A program made the translations under genes and the position numbers. Of a DNA stretch of 64,000 nt, positions 33,166-44,274 are shown in pieces. The stretch spans positions 345,201 through 409,200 of the forward strand of contig CAWCRX010000022.1 of NCBI GenBank assembly GCA_963798055.1, given 5' to 3'. Source of the DNA: an uncultured Actinomycetota bacterium (GTDB lineage Bacteria > Actinomycetota > Actinomycetes > Propionibacteriales > Nocardioidaceae). Below the pieces are notes generated by a model. That model worked only from the letters and a program-made list of their open reading frames with translations, had not been told where the DNA came from and did not search any database. Position 1 is the first letter of the stretch. Each line of letters begins with the position of its first letter.

Positions 33166-34909
33166 GTGAAGTTCACCCGTCGCAACCTCCTCCGTTCCGG
33201 AGCCGCAGCGGTCGGCGGCGCTACTGCCGCCGGTGCCCTCGGCGCCGCCGCCTGCCTCGGCCGCCGACGCATCGCGGGCGCCCTGCCCGTCGCCGCCCCG
33301 CCGCCGCCAGGGCCGGCTCCACGCTCGCCCGCACCTACGCCGTCGCGCCACGGCACGGCCGCCGGGGCGGGTACGCCCGATGGTCACGGCGGCCCGGTGA
33401 GCTCCCGATGCTGCGCACCGACCTCGGTGCCGCCGCCGCGCCGGGGCGCCAGGCATCGCGGACGCCGATGATCGCGTTCGCCCAGCTCAGCGACGTCCAC
33501 ATCGTCGACGCCCAGTCGCCGCTGCGGCTGGAGTTCGCCGACCGGCTCGACGACCCGTCGCCGATCCCGCCGACACTGTTCAGCTCGGCGTACCGCCCGC
33601 ACGAGTTCCTGTCCGGCCAGATCGCCGACGCCATGGTCCGGGAGATCAACAGGATCGGGATCGGGCCGGTCACCGGTCTGCCGCTGGCGCTGGCCATCCA
33701 GACCGGGGACAACTCGGACAACTCCCAGTTCAACGAGATCCGCTGGAACATCCGGGTCCTCAACGGCGGCCGGTCCGCGTCGACTCCGGCAGCCATCGCC
33801 AGTACGAGGGCGTGCCGACGACAACAAGACCTACTACGACCCCGGCTACTGGCACCCGCACGGCACCCGCGGCGAAGACCGCGGACGTCTACCGCAAGCG
33901 GTACGGCTTCCCCGTGGTTCCCGGCCTGCTCAACGCGGCCCGGCGCCCGTTCACCGCGCGCGGACTGGACATGCCGTGGTACTCGGCGTTCGGCAACCAC
34001 GACGGCCTGGTGCAGGGCAACTTCCCGCAGCTGCTGCAGCTGGGCATGGTCTCGACCGGTCCGCTGAAGCTGCAGTCGCTGCCCCGCGGCCTCTCGCCCG
34101 CCGAGCTGGTCAACAGCCTGCAGAGCGGGGACCTGCCCCGACTCCTGCAGTCCCTCGCGCCGACCCCGGCCGTCCGCCGGGTCACCCCGGACAACAACCG
34201 AAGGTTGCTCACCCGCCAGCAGGTGGTCGAGCAGCACTTCGTGGCGGGCGGCACCCCGCACGGGCACGGCTTCACCCGCGAGAACCGCAGCAAGGGCACG
34301 GCGTACTACACGTTCGACAAGGGCACGGTCCGCTTCATCGTGATGGACACGGTCAACCCGAACGGCTACGCCGACGGCTCGATCGACAGCACCCAGTTCG
34401 AGTGGCTGGAGACCGTGCTGAGCAAGTCGGCGGGCAAGGTCGTGATGGTCTTCAGCCACCACACGTCGTTCACGATGAACAACACGCTGATCGCCACCGG
34501 CGGGGACTTCGATACCCGGGTCAACGGCGCCCGCGTGCTCGAGCGGCTGCTCCAGCACGAGGAGGTCGTGGCCTGGGTCAACGGCCACACGCACCGCAAC
34601 CAGGTGCTGGCCCACACTCGGCCCGGCGGCGGTGGCCTGTGGGAGATCAACACGGCTGCGCACATCGACTGGCCGATGCAGTCCCGGCTCATCGAGCTCG
34701 CCGACAACAAGGACGGCACGCTGTCGATCTTCACGACCATCGTCGACCACGCCGGCCCGGCCTCGTCGTCCGGTGGCACCTCGAACCCGGTCGCCCTGGC
34801 CGGCCTCGCCCGGGAGCTGAGCGCCAACGACCCGCAGGACCGCACCGACTCCCGCCGCGGCCAGCGTGCGGACCGCAACCTCGAGCTGCTCATCGCGAAG
34901 CCGAGCTGA
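33166..34909 (+). CDS. Tat-exported metallophosphoesterase, TIGR03767-like (several frameshifts)
   Basis: FTRRNLL Tat motif; [25 protein letters not shown] and NGHTH. Confidence 0.85.
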
Positions 34910-34945
34910 CGCGCCTACGCCTCCGCTCGAGCCGGTCCACCGGTC

Positions 34946-36072
34946 CTAGGTCTCGACGGCGGCCAGCTGCCCGCAGGCGCCGTCGATCTCGCGGCCCCGG
35001 GTGTCGCGAACGGTCGTGGGGATGCCCCTTGGCCTCGAGCCGCCGGACGAACTCACGCTCGTCGGCCGGGTCGGACGCGGTCCACTTCGATCCCGGCGTC
35101 GGGTTGAGCGGGATCAGGTTGACGTGCACCCAGCCCCAGTCGCCGTAGGACTGCAGCACCTCGGCGAGCAGATCGGCGCGCCAGGCCTGGTCGTTGATGC
35201 CGCGCATCATGGCGTACTCGATGGACACCCGCCGCTTGGTCGTCCGCGCGTAGTCCCAGGCGGCCTCGACGGTCTCGGCGACCGAGAAGCGGGTGTTGAT
35301 CGGCACCAGCTCGTTGCGCAGCTCGTCGTCGGGGGCGTGCAGGCTGAGCGCGAGCGTGACCGGGATGCCCTCGTCGGTGAGCTGCCGGATCCGGGGCACC
35401 AGCCCGACCGTGGACACGGTGATGCCTCGCGCGGACATGCCGAGCCCGTCGGGGGCGGGGTCGGTCAGCCGGCGTACCGCCCCGATCACGGCCTTGTAGT
35501 TGGCCATCGGCTCGCCCATCCCCATGAACACGACGTTGGAGACCCGGCCGGGCCCGCCGGGCACCTCGTCCCGCGCCAGGGAGCGGGCACCGGCCACGAC
35601 CTGCTCGACGATCTCGGCGGTGGACATGTTGCGCTGCAGCCCGCCCTGGCCGGTGGCGCAGAACGGGCAGGCCATCCCGCAGCCGGCCTGGCTGGACACG
35701 CAGATCGTGACCCGGTCGGGGTAGCGCATCAGCACCGACTCGACCAGGGCGCCGTCGAACAGCTTCCACAGGGTCTTCCGGGTGGTGCCGCGGTCGGCCT
35801 CCAGGGTGCGCAGCGGGGTCATCAGCGTCGGGCAGCAGCTCGGCGACCAGCCGCTCCCGGTCGCCCGCGGGCAGATCGGTCATCTCGTTGGGGTCGTCGG
35901 CCAGGCGGGCGAAGTAGTGGGTGGCCAGCTGCTTGGCCCGGAAGCCCGGCAGGCCGAGCTCGACGGCCAGGGCCTTGCGCTCGTCGGGAGCGAGGTCGGC
36001 GAGGTGGCGGGGCGGCTTCTTGCGGCCACGCGGCTCGTCGAACACCAGCGGGAGGGGCTTGAGCTCGGACAT
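34946..36072 (-). CDS. rlmN: 23S rRNA m2A2503 methyltransferase (frameshifts near 35828 and 35028)
   Basis: [33 protein letters not shown] and C-terminal ACGQL. Confidence 0.95.
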
Positions 36073-36109
36073 CAGGTGGCCCAGTCTCCCAGGGAGAGGG
36101 CGGCAGTTG

Positions 36110-36520
36110 CTAACCGTCGGTCTTGATCAGGATCCAGACCACCAACGCGGCAACCCCGAGCACGACGATCGCGGTGGCCAGCATCCCGAGCAGCATGTAG
36201 CGGCCGAACCTTCTCGTCCTGGGGATCACGATCAGCACGAGCGGCACCGCGAGCACGGTCAGCACGAACGGGAAGAGCTCTTCCGCGGTCTCGTAGTCGA
36301 ACATGGCCCGGAGCACGGCCGCGAAGGCACCGGGTACGACGATCACGACCGCCAGGCCCGTGAAGAACCCGGTCAGCGCCGAGAACGTCGGATGGTCGCG
36401 GTGCCACCAGTTGGGTGCGGCCGCGGGGGTGGCGTCCCCCTCGCTGTCCTCCGCGTCGACATCGACATCGGTTTCGGGCGCGGCCTCGCCTCGGTCGCGC
36501 AGCCCCTCGTCGATGTCCAT
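36110..36520 (-). CDS. Hypothetical membrane protein
   Basis: [19 protein letters not shown] followed by three transmembrane segments. Confidence 0.7.
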   Translation of the reverse strand: MDIDEGLRDRGEAAPETDVDVDAEDSEGDATPAAAPNWWHRDHPTFSALTGFFTGLAVVIVVPGAFAAVLRAMFDYETAEELFPFVLTVLAVPLVLIVIPRTRRFGRYMLLGMLATAIVVLGVAALVVWILIKTDG

Positions 36521-36603
36521 CGCCTCGATCGTAGGCGGGAGTACCTGGGGTTGACGTCGCAGCCACGACCGCACGTGCCGCATCAGGTGGAGGCGCAGAT
36601 CGC

Positions 36604-37479
36604 TCAGAAGACGGCGTAGTGGAGCAGCAGCCAGATCGGGGCGATGGTGGCCAGCAGGGAGTCGAGCCGGTCCATCAGGCCGCCGTGGCCGGGAATCACC
36701 TGGCTCATGTCCTTGATGCCCAGGTCGCGCTTCATGACCGACTCGCACAGGTCGCCGAGGGTCGCCATCACGACGGCGATCAGGCCGAGGCAGAGGCCGA
36801 CCCACCAGTCGCCGTCGAGCAGGTAGACCACCAGGGCCCAGCCCGCGGCGACCGTGAAGATCAGCGAGCCGGCGAAGCCCTCCCAGGACTTCTTGGGCGA
36901 GATCACCGGCGCCATCGGGTGCTTGCCGAACAGGACGCCCGCGATGTAGCCGCCGATGTCGGAGGCGATCGTGACCAGGATGAACGTCACGATCCCGGCG
37001 ACCCCGTCGTTGTCGATGCCGCCGCCGTCCCGCCCGCCCTCGGCGAGCAGCAGGGCGACGAAGGATCCGAGGAACGGCACGTAGACGAGCGTGAACACCG
37101 ACGCGGTGGAGGTGCGGACGTAGCCGTCGATCCCCCTCCGCAGCAGCCACAGCATCGTGACCAGCGCGGTGACCGCGGTGGCGGTGACCAGCGCGGGCGC
37201 ACCCCACAGGTAGGCGACCACGACCATCACCGCTCCGCCGAGCATCAGCGGCTGCTCGGGGATGTCGATGTCCTTGGCGAGCAGGCCCTGGCGGAGCTCC
37301 CAGATCGCGACGACCACCGCGGCGACCACGATGAACATGAACGCCGGCTTCCAGAACGCCAGCGAGGCGGCGATCGCGCCGAGCAGCACGACGGCCGAAG
37401 CCACCGCCGCCTTGAGGTCACGACCGGCGCGGCCGTGGTCCTTCTGGGGCGCGGGGACAGCCGGGGAGGTGTCGGTCAT
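36604..37479 (-). CDS. cdsA: Phosphatidate cytidylyltransferase
   Basis: SPKKSWEG and GDLCESVMKRDLGIKDM..PGHGGLMDRLDS. Confidence 0.96.
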   Translation of the reverse strand: MTDTSPAVPAPQKDHGRAGRDLKAAVASAVVLLGAIAASLAFWKPAFMFIVVAAVVVAIWELRQGLLAKDIDIPEQPLMLGGAVMVVVAYLWGAPALVTATAVTALVTMLWLLRRGIDGYVRTSTASVFTLVYVPFLGSFVALLLAEGGRDGGGIDNDGVAGIVTFILVTIASDIGGYIAGVLFGKHPMAPVISPKKSWEGFAGSLIFTVAAGWALVVYLLDGDWWVGLCLGLIAVVMATLGDLCESVMKRDLGIKDMSQVIPGHGGLMDRLDSLLATIAPIWLLLHYAVF

Positions 37480-37499
37480 GGGGTGATGTGGGCCGGCGC

Positions 37500-38057
37500 T
37501 CAGACCTCGAGCAGCTCGGCTTCCTTGTGCTTGAGCAGGTCGTCGATGGCGTCGGTGTGGGTCTTGGTCATCGCGTCGAGGCGCTTCTCGGCGCCGGCGA
37601 CGTCGTCCTTGCCGGCCTCGCCGTCCTTCTCGAGCTTCTCCAGGTGCTGCTTGGCGGTACGCCGCAGGTTGCGTACGGCGACCCGGCCGTCCTCGGCCTT
37701 GGCCTTCGCCACCTTGATGTACTCCTTGCGGCGCTCCTCGGAGAGGTCCGGGAAGACGCAGCGGAGCACCTTGCCGTCGTTGGCGGGGTTGACGCCGAGG
37801 TCGGAGTCGCGGATCGCCTTCTCGATGTTGGCCATCGCGCCCATGTCGTAGGGCGAGATGATGATGATCCGCGCCTCGGGCGCGGTGAACGAGGCCAGCT
37901 GCTGGAGCGGCGTCGGGGTGCCGTAGTAGTCCACGAGGATCTTGTTGAACATGCTCGGCTGCGCCCGACCGGCCCGGATCGCGGCGAACTCCTCACGGGT
38001 CGCCTCGACCGACTTGTCCATCTTGCCGTCGGCCTCGTTGAGGATGTCGTTGATCAT
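37500..38057 (-). CDS. frr: Ribosome recycling factor
   Basis: IRAGRA, VDYYG and LSEERRKE. Confidence 0.96.
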   Translation of the reverse strand: MINDILNEADGKMDKSVEATREEFAAIRAGRAQPSMFNKILVDYYGTPTPLQQLASFTAPEARIIIISPYDMGAMANIEKAIRDSDLGVNPANDGKVLRCVFPDLSEERRKEYIKVAKAKAEDGRVAVRNLRRTAKQHLEKLEKDGEAGKDDVAGAEKRLDAMTKTHTDAIDDLLKHKEAELLEV

Positions 38058-38088
38058 CACTGGATCCTTCGGTTGTCGAGCACTCGAG

Positions 38089-38802
38089 TCAGCCTGCGCT
38101 GACCAGCGTGCCGATCCTCTCACCCTGCACCGCACGGAGGATGTTGCCCTCGGGCTCCATGCCGAACACGATCATCGGCATCTTGTTCTCCATGCAGAGG
38201 GCGAACGCCGTCGCGTCGGCGACCCGCAGGCCGTTCTGGAGCGCGTCGGCGTAGGTGACCTCGTCGAGCTTCACCGCCGCGGGGTTGGTCCGCGGGTCGT
38301 CGGAGTAGACCCCGTCGACGCCGCTCTTGGCCATCAGCACGGCCTCGCACTTGGTCTCCAGCGCCCGCTGCGCGGCGACCGTGTCGGTCGAGAAGAACGG
38401 CATGCCCATGCCGGCGCCGAAGATCACGACGCGGCCCTTCTCCATGTGCCGGATCGCGCGGCGCGGGATGTAGGGCTCGGCGACCTGGCCCATCGTGATC
38501 GCCGTCTGCACGCGGGTCTCGATGCCGAGCTTCTCGAGGAAGTCCTGGAGGGCCAGGCAGTTCATCACGATGCCGAGCATGCCCATGTAGTCGGCCCGGA
38601 CCCGGTCCATGCCGCGCTCCTGGAGCTCGGCGCCGCGGAAGAAGTTGCCGCCGCCGGTGACGACCGCGATCTGGACCCCTGCCTGGGAGACGGACGCGAT
38701 CTCGCGGGCGATCGTCTGGACGACCTCGGGGTCGACGCCGACCTTGCCGCCGCCGAACACCTCGCCGGAGAGCTTGAGCAGAACTCGTTGGTAGCCGGTC
38801 AC
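38089..38802 (-). CDS. pyrH: UMP kinase
   Basis: [17 protein letters not shown] and PFFSTDT. Confidence 0.97.
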   Translation of the reverse strand: MTGYQRVLLKLSGEVFGGGKVGVDPEVVQTIAREIASVSQAGVQIAVVTGGGNFFRGAELQERGMDRVRADYMGMLGIVMNCLALQDFLEKLGIETRVQTAITMGQVAEPYIPRRAIRHMEKGRVVIFGAGMGMPFFSTDTVAAQRALETKCEAVLMAKSGVDGVYSDDPRTNPAAVKLDEVTYADALQNGLRVADATAFALCMENKMPMIVFGMEPEGNILRAVQGERIGTLVSAG

Positions 38803-38830
38803 GCGAGCGCCCTTCCCATGCGTATGACGA

Positions 38831-38872
38831 AGGCCGGTCCGATGAGTGCTTGTCGTCTCATCGAACCGGCCT
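38831..38872. terminator. Stem-loop between tsf and pyrH
   Basis: AGGCCGGTCCGATGAG-N10-CTCATCGAACCGGCCT. Confidence 0.55.
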
Positions 38873-38901
38873 CCTTTGACGTCTGCGTGAAACCTAACGG
38901 A

Positions 38902-39711
38902 TCAGGCGCCGACCTCGAAACGGGCGAACCGCTTCAGGGTGGTGCCGGACTCGTCGAGCACGGCCTTGACGGTCTTCTTGTTCTCGGTCACCGACGGCTG
39001 CTCCAGCAGGACGACGTCCTTGAAGAAGCCGTTGAGCCGGCCCTCGGTGATCTTCGCGATCGCCTGCTCGGGCTTGCCCTCCTCACGCGAGGTCGCCTCG
39101 GCGATGCCGCGCTCGTGCTCGACGATGTCCGCCGGGACCTCGTCGCGGGTGAGGTACTGCGGGCGCATGGCCGCGATCTGCATCGCGGCACCGCGGGCGG
39201 CGTCGGCGTCGCCGTCGTACTCGACGAGTACGCCGACCGCGGGCGGCAGGTCGGCCGCCCGCTTGTGCATGTAGGCCACGACCGGGCCGTCGAAGTGGAC
39301 GTACTGGCCCAGCTCGATCTTCTCGCCGATGCTGACCGCCAGGCCGTCGACGACCTCGCCGACCGTCTCGTCGCCCAGCGAAACCGCCCTGAGCGCCTCG
39401 ACGTCGGCCGGCTTGGCCTCGGCGGCGGCGTCGGCGATCTTCTGCGCGGCGGCGATGAAGTCGGCGTTCTTGGCCACGAAGTCGGTCTCGCTCTTGAGCT
39501 CGACCAGCACGCCGGGCGCGTGCGCGACCAGGCCGGACGAGGCCTCGCGCTCGGCGGCGCGCTCGGCCATCTTCTTGCCACTCTTGATGCGGATGAGCTC
39601 GACGGCCTTGTCGAAGTCGCCGTCGGCCTCGTCGAGCGCCTTCTTGCAGTCCATCATCCCGGCGCCGGTCATCTCCCGGAGCCGCTTGACGTCGGCGGCA
39701 GTGAATGCCAT
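38902..39711 (-). CDS. tsf: Elongation factor Ts
   Basis: [16 protein letters not shown] and ETDFVAK. Confidence 0.98.
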   Translation of the reverse strand: MAFTAADVKRLREMTGAGMMDCKKALDEADGDFDKAVELIRIKSGKKMAERAAEREASSGLVAHAPGVLVELKSETDFVAKNADFIAAAQKIADAAAEAKPADVEALRAVSLGDETVGEVVDGLAVSIGEKIELGQYVHFDGPVVAYMHKRAADLPPAVGVLVEYDGDADAARGAAMQIAAMRPQYLTRDEVPADIVEHERGIAEATSREEGKPEQAIAKITEGRLNGFFKDVVLLEQPSVTENKKTVKAVLDESGTTLKRFARFEVGA

Positions 39712-39753
39712 GGGTCTCGTTCCTCGTATCTCTGGGTAGTCTGGAGAGGTGGT

Positions 39754-40804
39754 TCAGGCGTCGGTCTTGGCGTCCTCGGCGGGCGCCTCGGCCTCGGCGG
39801 CGGGAGCCTCGGGCTCGGCCGGGGTCTCCTCGCGGCGGGGGTCTCCTCGACAGCCGGGGTCTCCTCGGCGGCGGGGGTCTCCTCGACAGCCGGGGTCTCC
39901 TCAGCGGCGGGGGTCTCCTCGACGGCCGGGGTCTCCTCGGCGGCCGGGGTCTCCTCGGCGGCCGGGGTCTCCTCGACGCGGCAGCCTCGGCAGCCGGAGC
40001 GTCCTCGGTCGCGGCGGGCTTCTCGGCGTCGCCGCCCAGCAGCTCGCGCTCCCACTCGGCCAGCGGCTCCTCGGCACCCGGAGCGGCGGCCTCGCCCTCG
40101 CCGGTCTTCGCACCGGAGCGGGCGATCAGGCCCTCGGCCACGGCGTCGGCCACGACCCGGGTGAGCAGGCCGACGGCGCGGATCGCGTCGTCGTTGCCCG
40201 GGATCGGGAAGTCGACCAGGTCGGGGTCGCAGTTGGAGTCCAGGATGCCGACGATCGGGATCCTCAGCTTGCGGGCCTCCTCGACGGCGAGGTGCTCCTT
40301 GTTGGTGTCGACGATCCAGACGGCGGCCGGGGTGCGGCTCATCTCGCGGATACCGCCGAGGGACTTGTTGAGCTTGTCCCGCTCGCGGCGCATCTGGAGC
40401 AGCTCCTTCTTCGTGCGGCTGCTGCCGGCCACGTCGTCGAAGTCGACCTCGTCGAGCTCCTTGAGGCGGTTGATCCGCTGGTGCACGGTCTGGAAGTTGG
40501 TGAGCATGCCGCCGAGCCAGCGCTGGTTGACGTAGGGCATGCCGACGCGGGTCGCCTGCTCGGCGATCGCCTCCTGGGCCTGCTTCTTGGTGCCGACGAA
40601 CATCACGGTGCCGCCCTTGGCGACGACGTCCTTGATGAAGGCGTACGAGCGGTCGATGTAGGCCAGCGACTGCTGCAGGTCGATGATGTAGATGCCGTTG
40701 CGCTCGGTCATGATGAAGCGCTTCATCTTCGGGTTCCAGCGACGGGTCTGGTGTCCGAAGTGCACGCCGCTCTCGAGGAGCTGGCGCATGGTGACAACTG
40801 CCAT
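39754..40804 (-). CDS. rpsB: 30S ribosomal protein S2 with acidic repetitive tail (compensating indels in the tail)
   Basis: [15 protein letters not shown] and PGNDDAIR. Confidence 0.97.
39817..39976 (-). repeat. Coding tandem repeat, 18-bp unit, about 9 copies, encoding EETPA(A/V)
   Basis: GGGGTCTCCTCG recurs at an 18-bp period on the + strand. Confidence 0.9.
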
Positions 40805-40809
40805 GGTGG

Positions 40810-41050
40810 TTCTTCTCCTGTGTGGAGCGAGGGCCATCACGCGTCCTTCGGCACTGCTCACGCAGCAGGACGCGCCGACCCTCGGCTCCGGTCATTTTCA
40901 GTTCGTCACAGGCGGCGGGTGCCACCTGTCCTGACGCCTACGTGCGAACCGACCCGACTCTCGTCGGGACCGAGGCTCGTCACCCGCGGGCGACCGAGGT
41001 CCGAGAAGGCAACCCCGTCGCGGTCTGCAAGCGTGCGAATTTCACCTCGA
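40810..41050 (-). promoter_or_regulatory. Long structured rpsB upstream region, candidate S2 autoregulatory leader
   Basis: Hairpins such as CGCGTCCT...AGGACGCG upstream of the SD; S2 leader autoregulation is established in other bacteria. Confidence 0.45.
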
Positions 41051-41120
41051 TGGAGCTGAGGTGATGCTCACAGACTAGTGCAGGCGGCGCGGGGCCGAAA
41101 TCGCGGCCCAGCCCCGAAAC

Positions 41121-41157
41121 CGTCCACAGGCCCGCCAGAACCGTGAGCTCTCCACAG
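41121..41157 (+). promoter_or_regulatory. Bipartite TCCACAG motif, copy 1 (upstream of the M23 gene)
   Basis: CGTCCACAGGCCCGC-N13-TCTCCACAG; same arms and spacing as 47434-47470 on the minus strand. Confidence 0.6.
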
Positions 41158-41208
41158 CATCGGTCCGGCGCGGGCCACCGGTCGGCGGCCCCGCGCAGAG
41201 TCGGGCGC

Positions 41209-41777
41209 ATGCCACCCGTTCTCACCCTGCTCCACGGGGCCGTTGCCGTCCTCCTGGGCCTGCTGCTGACCGCCGGGCCGTCCGAGCCGGATCCTGTCGG
41301 CGTGTGGCCGCTCGTGCCCCAGCCCGAGGTGGTCCAGGGCTTCGACCCACCGGACTCCCCCTACGGCGCCGGACATCGGGGCGTCGACCTCGCCGGCGTG
41401 CCGGGCCAGCACGTGCGGTCGGCACTGCCCGGCACGGTGACGTACGCCGGATCGCTGGCCGGCCGCGGCGTCGTGGTCGTCGATCACGGCTCGACCCGGA
41501 CGACGTACGAGCCGGTGGCCGCGTCGGTCTCGGTCGGCGACCAGGTCCCCGCCGGGGGCCGGATCGGCAGGCTCCAGCTCGCCGGGTCGCACTGCTTCCC
41601 CGGGCCTGCCTGCACTGGGGATGGATCCGCCGCGTCGACGACGTCTACCTCGACCCGTTACGACTGGTGGGCGCCGGCCCGGTGCGGCTGCTGCCGCTGT
41701 GGCGAGACGCTCCCGGTCGCTCGCTCAGGCTCGGGGATGCGCTTGCTGGTACGCCCGTCGCAGCCGTTCGGTGGTGA
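41209..41777 (+). CDS. M23 family peptidase-like secreted protein (frameshift near 41600)
   Basis: WPL, GHRGVDL, TTYEPV and CLHWG motifs. Confidence 0.85.
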
Positions 41778-42644
41778 CGTGGGTGTAGCGCTGCGTGGTG
41801 GCCAGCGACGCGTGGCCGAGCAGCTCCTGCACGGAGCGCAGGTCGGCGCCGCCCTCGAGCAGGTGGGTGGCGGCGGTGTGCCGCAGGCCGTGCGGGCCCA
41901 TGTCGGGCGCCCCCGGCACGTCCGCCAGCCGCTGGTGCACCAGCGTGCGGACCGCGCGCTGGTCGATCCGCCGTCCGCGGACCCCGAGGAACAGCGCTCC
42001 CCCGGCGCCCTCGGCCAGAGCGTCGGGCGGCCGTTGCGCAGCCACAGCTCGAGCGCCAGGGCGGCGGGCCGGCCGAACGGCACGCTGCGCTCCTTGCGGC
42101 CCTTGCCGAACACCCGCAGCACGTTGCGGTCGCGATCGACGTCGTCGACGTCGAGCCCGACCAGCTCGCCGACCCGGATCCCGGTGGCGTAGAGGACCTC
42201 GAGCATCGCCACGTCGCGCAGACCCACCGGGCCGCCGTCGTCGGCGAGCTCGGTGGCCGCGTCGATCAGCGCCCGGGCCTCGTCGGCGCGCAGCACCGCA
42301 GGCAGCGTCCGGTGCGGCTTGGGCGAGCCGAGCGAGGAGCCCGCGTCGGTCGCGGCCCGCCCGGTGCGCGCCAGCCAGCCGGTGAACACGCGGGCGGCCG
42401 TGGCCCGACGAGCCAGGGTGGTCCGGGACCGGCCGAGGGTCTGCTGCTTGGCCAGCCAGCTGCGCAGGGTGCGGAGGTCGAGCTCGGTGACGTCGGTGAT
42501 CCCGAGCCGGACCGCGTGCTCGAAGAGGCCGGCGATGTCGGTCGTGTAGGCCGTGACCGTGTGCGCCGCGAGGTCGCGCTCGGAGCGGAGGTGACGCTCG
42601 TACTCCCCCAGCACGCGCGCCAGGGCCTCGGGCAGCTCCTCCAC
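41725..42644 (-). CDS. xerC: Tyrosine recombinase XerC (frameshift near 42018)
   Basis: [18 protein letters not shown] and [36 protein letters not shown]; usual location near dprA and rpsB. Confidence 0.92.
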
Positions 42645-42723
42645 TCACCCATCGTAGAGAGCTCAGCCGGCGTGGCGGCAGCCCGGCTCCTCAGCGCGCC
42701 CGGCGTGCAGGGCGGGCGCCCCC

Positions 42724-44204
42724 TCAGTCGGCGACGATCAAGAACCCGTCGTCGGTCTCCTCGAGCTCGATCCGCCGGGTTTCCTGCTCGGAGGAACCAT
42801 CGGTGGTATAGGTGAGCGTCACGTCGACGGCGTTCGATCCTGAGGGAGCGGTGTCGTCGACGGTCACGGCATCGATCGTGGACCAGAAGCCTTCATAGTC
42901 CTCATAGCTTCCGACTTCGGCCTGCATGTCGGGTGAGAGCAGCGGCCACGCGGCGGCCGTGTCGTCGGGGAGCAGGCTGTAATAGTCGGCGACGAACTGC
43001 TCCGGGTCGTCCGAAGCCGGCGCTGGCGCGTCGCCGTCGGGGCTGGAGGTCGTCGGAGGCGGACTTCCCGACGGGTCCCGTGTGCCCGGGGTCGGTCGGC
43101 CCCTCCCCCTCGGTCGAGACCTGACCGGATGGCTCTTCACCGGTGTTCACAGGGGTCCCCTCCGATTCGTCGTCGCGCACCAGGAGCAAGACCACGACGG
43201 CCACAAGGAGGGCGGCGCCACCCCCAGCAGGGCACCCGGCCAGCGGCGCCGCCCTCGCTCCGTGGCGGGGGCGTCATCGCCGGCACGGGGTCCGGATCGG
43301 GCGACGCCAAGGGCTCCGGCTCGGGCACCACCTCCACCAGGGTGGCCGTGCCCGCTGCGGCCGGAGCGCTGGCGTGCGCCTGGGTGCCCGTCGTGGAGGG
43401 CTGGTCACACAGCGCATGCAGGTGGAAGGCCGCGTCGGCCATCGTCCAGCGGGACCCGGCGTCGATCGCCATCATGTGGACGATCGCCTCGCTCAGGGCG
43501 CCGGCCTGCTCCGGTCGGGGCACCTGTTCGGCGTTGGCGATCGTCGACAGCGTCGCCAGTGCGGCGTTCTGGTCCGGGAAGGGCGGGTGGCCCTCCACGG
43601 CACTGAAGAGGGTCGCGCCGAGCGCCCAGACATCGTCGCCGGGGGTGGGATCCTCGCCGCGGGCGAGCTGTGGAGAGAAGTAGCCAGGCGTGCCGATGAC
43701 CATCCCCGTTTGGGTGAGCTGCGCATCACCCATGGTCCGGGCGATACCGAAGTCCGAGATCTTCGCGTGATCGTTGTCGGCGACCAGGATGTTGCCCGGC
43801 TTCACGTCACGATGCATGGTGCCGCGCAGGTGAGCGGCGGCGAGCCCGTCCGCGACCTGGGCGCCTATCCAGGCGGCGCGTTCGGGATCCAGGCTGACCT
43901 CCTCGGACATGATTTCCGAAAGCGTGCGACTGGGGACATACTCCATCACCAGCCAGATCTGGTCGCCCTCTTCGATGGCGTCGAAGATCGAGACGACATT
44001 GGGATGGTTGAGGGCCGCTGCGGATCGAGCCTCGCGGAGCGCTCGCGCCAGGTCCGGCGTCGACTCGCCCGGCAGATGGCCCACTTGCTTGACGGCAACG
44101 GTGCGCCCGAGCAGCTCGTCGGTGCACAGCCACACGGCCCCCATCCCGCCCCGGCCGACGACTCGGTCCACGCGGTAACGGTCAGCGATGATCGACGGCG
44201 CCAT
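42724..44204 (-). CDS. Hanks-type Ser/Thr protein kinase with TM segment and extracellular domain (frameshifts near 43250-43080)
   Basis: GRGGMGAV, VAVK, HRDVKPGN, DFG and GTPGYFSP; C-terminal PEQFVADYYSLLP domain. Confidence 0.88.
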
Positions 44205-44274
44205 GCAGTTCCTTTCGAGGGTCTGGCTCGCGCCACCGTTACCCAAAGGCACCGAGACGCACGCGTACGGCGCC

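Noticed and set aside
39817-39976. Regular repeats as a possible CRISPR array
   Set aside because: The units are contiguous 18-bp in-frame coding repeats with no unique spacers, and no cas genes are present.
41725-42644. Tyrosine recombinase as a phage or island integrase
   Set aside because: Sequence and position fit housekeeping XerC; no att site, tRNA or phage genes are nearby.
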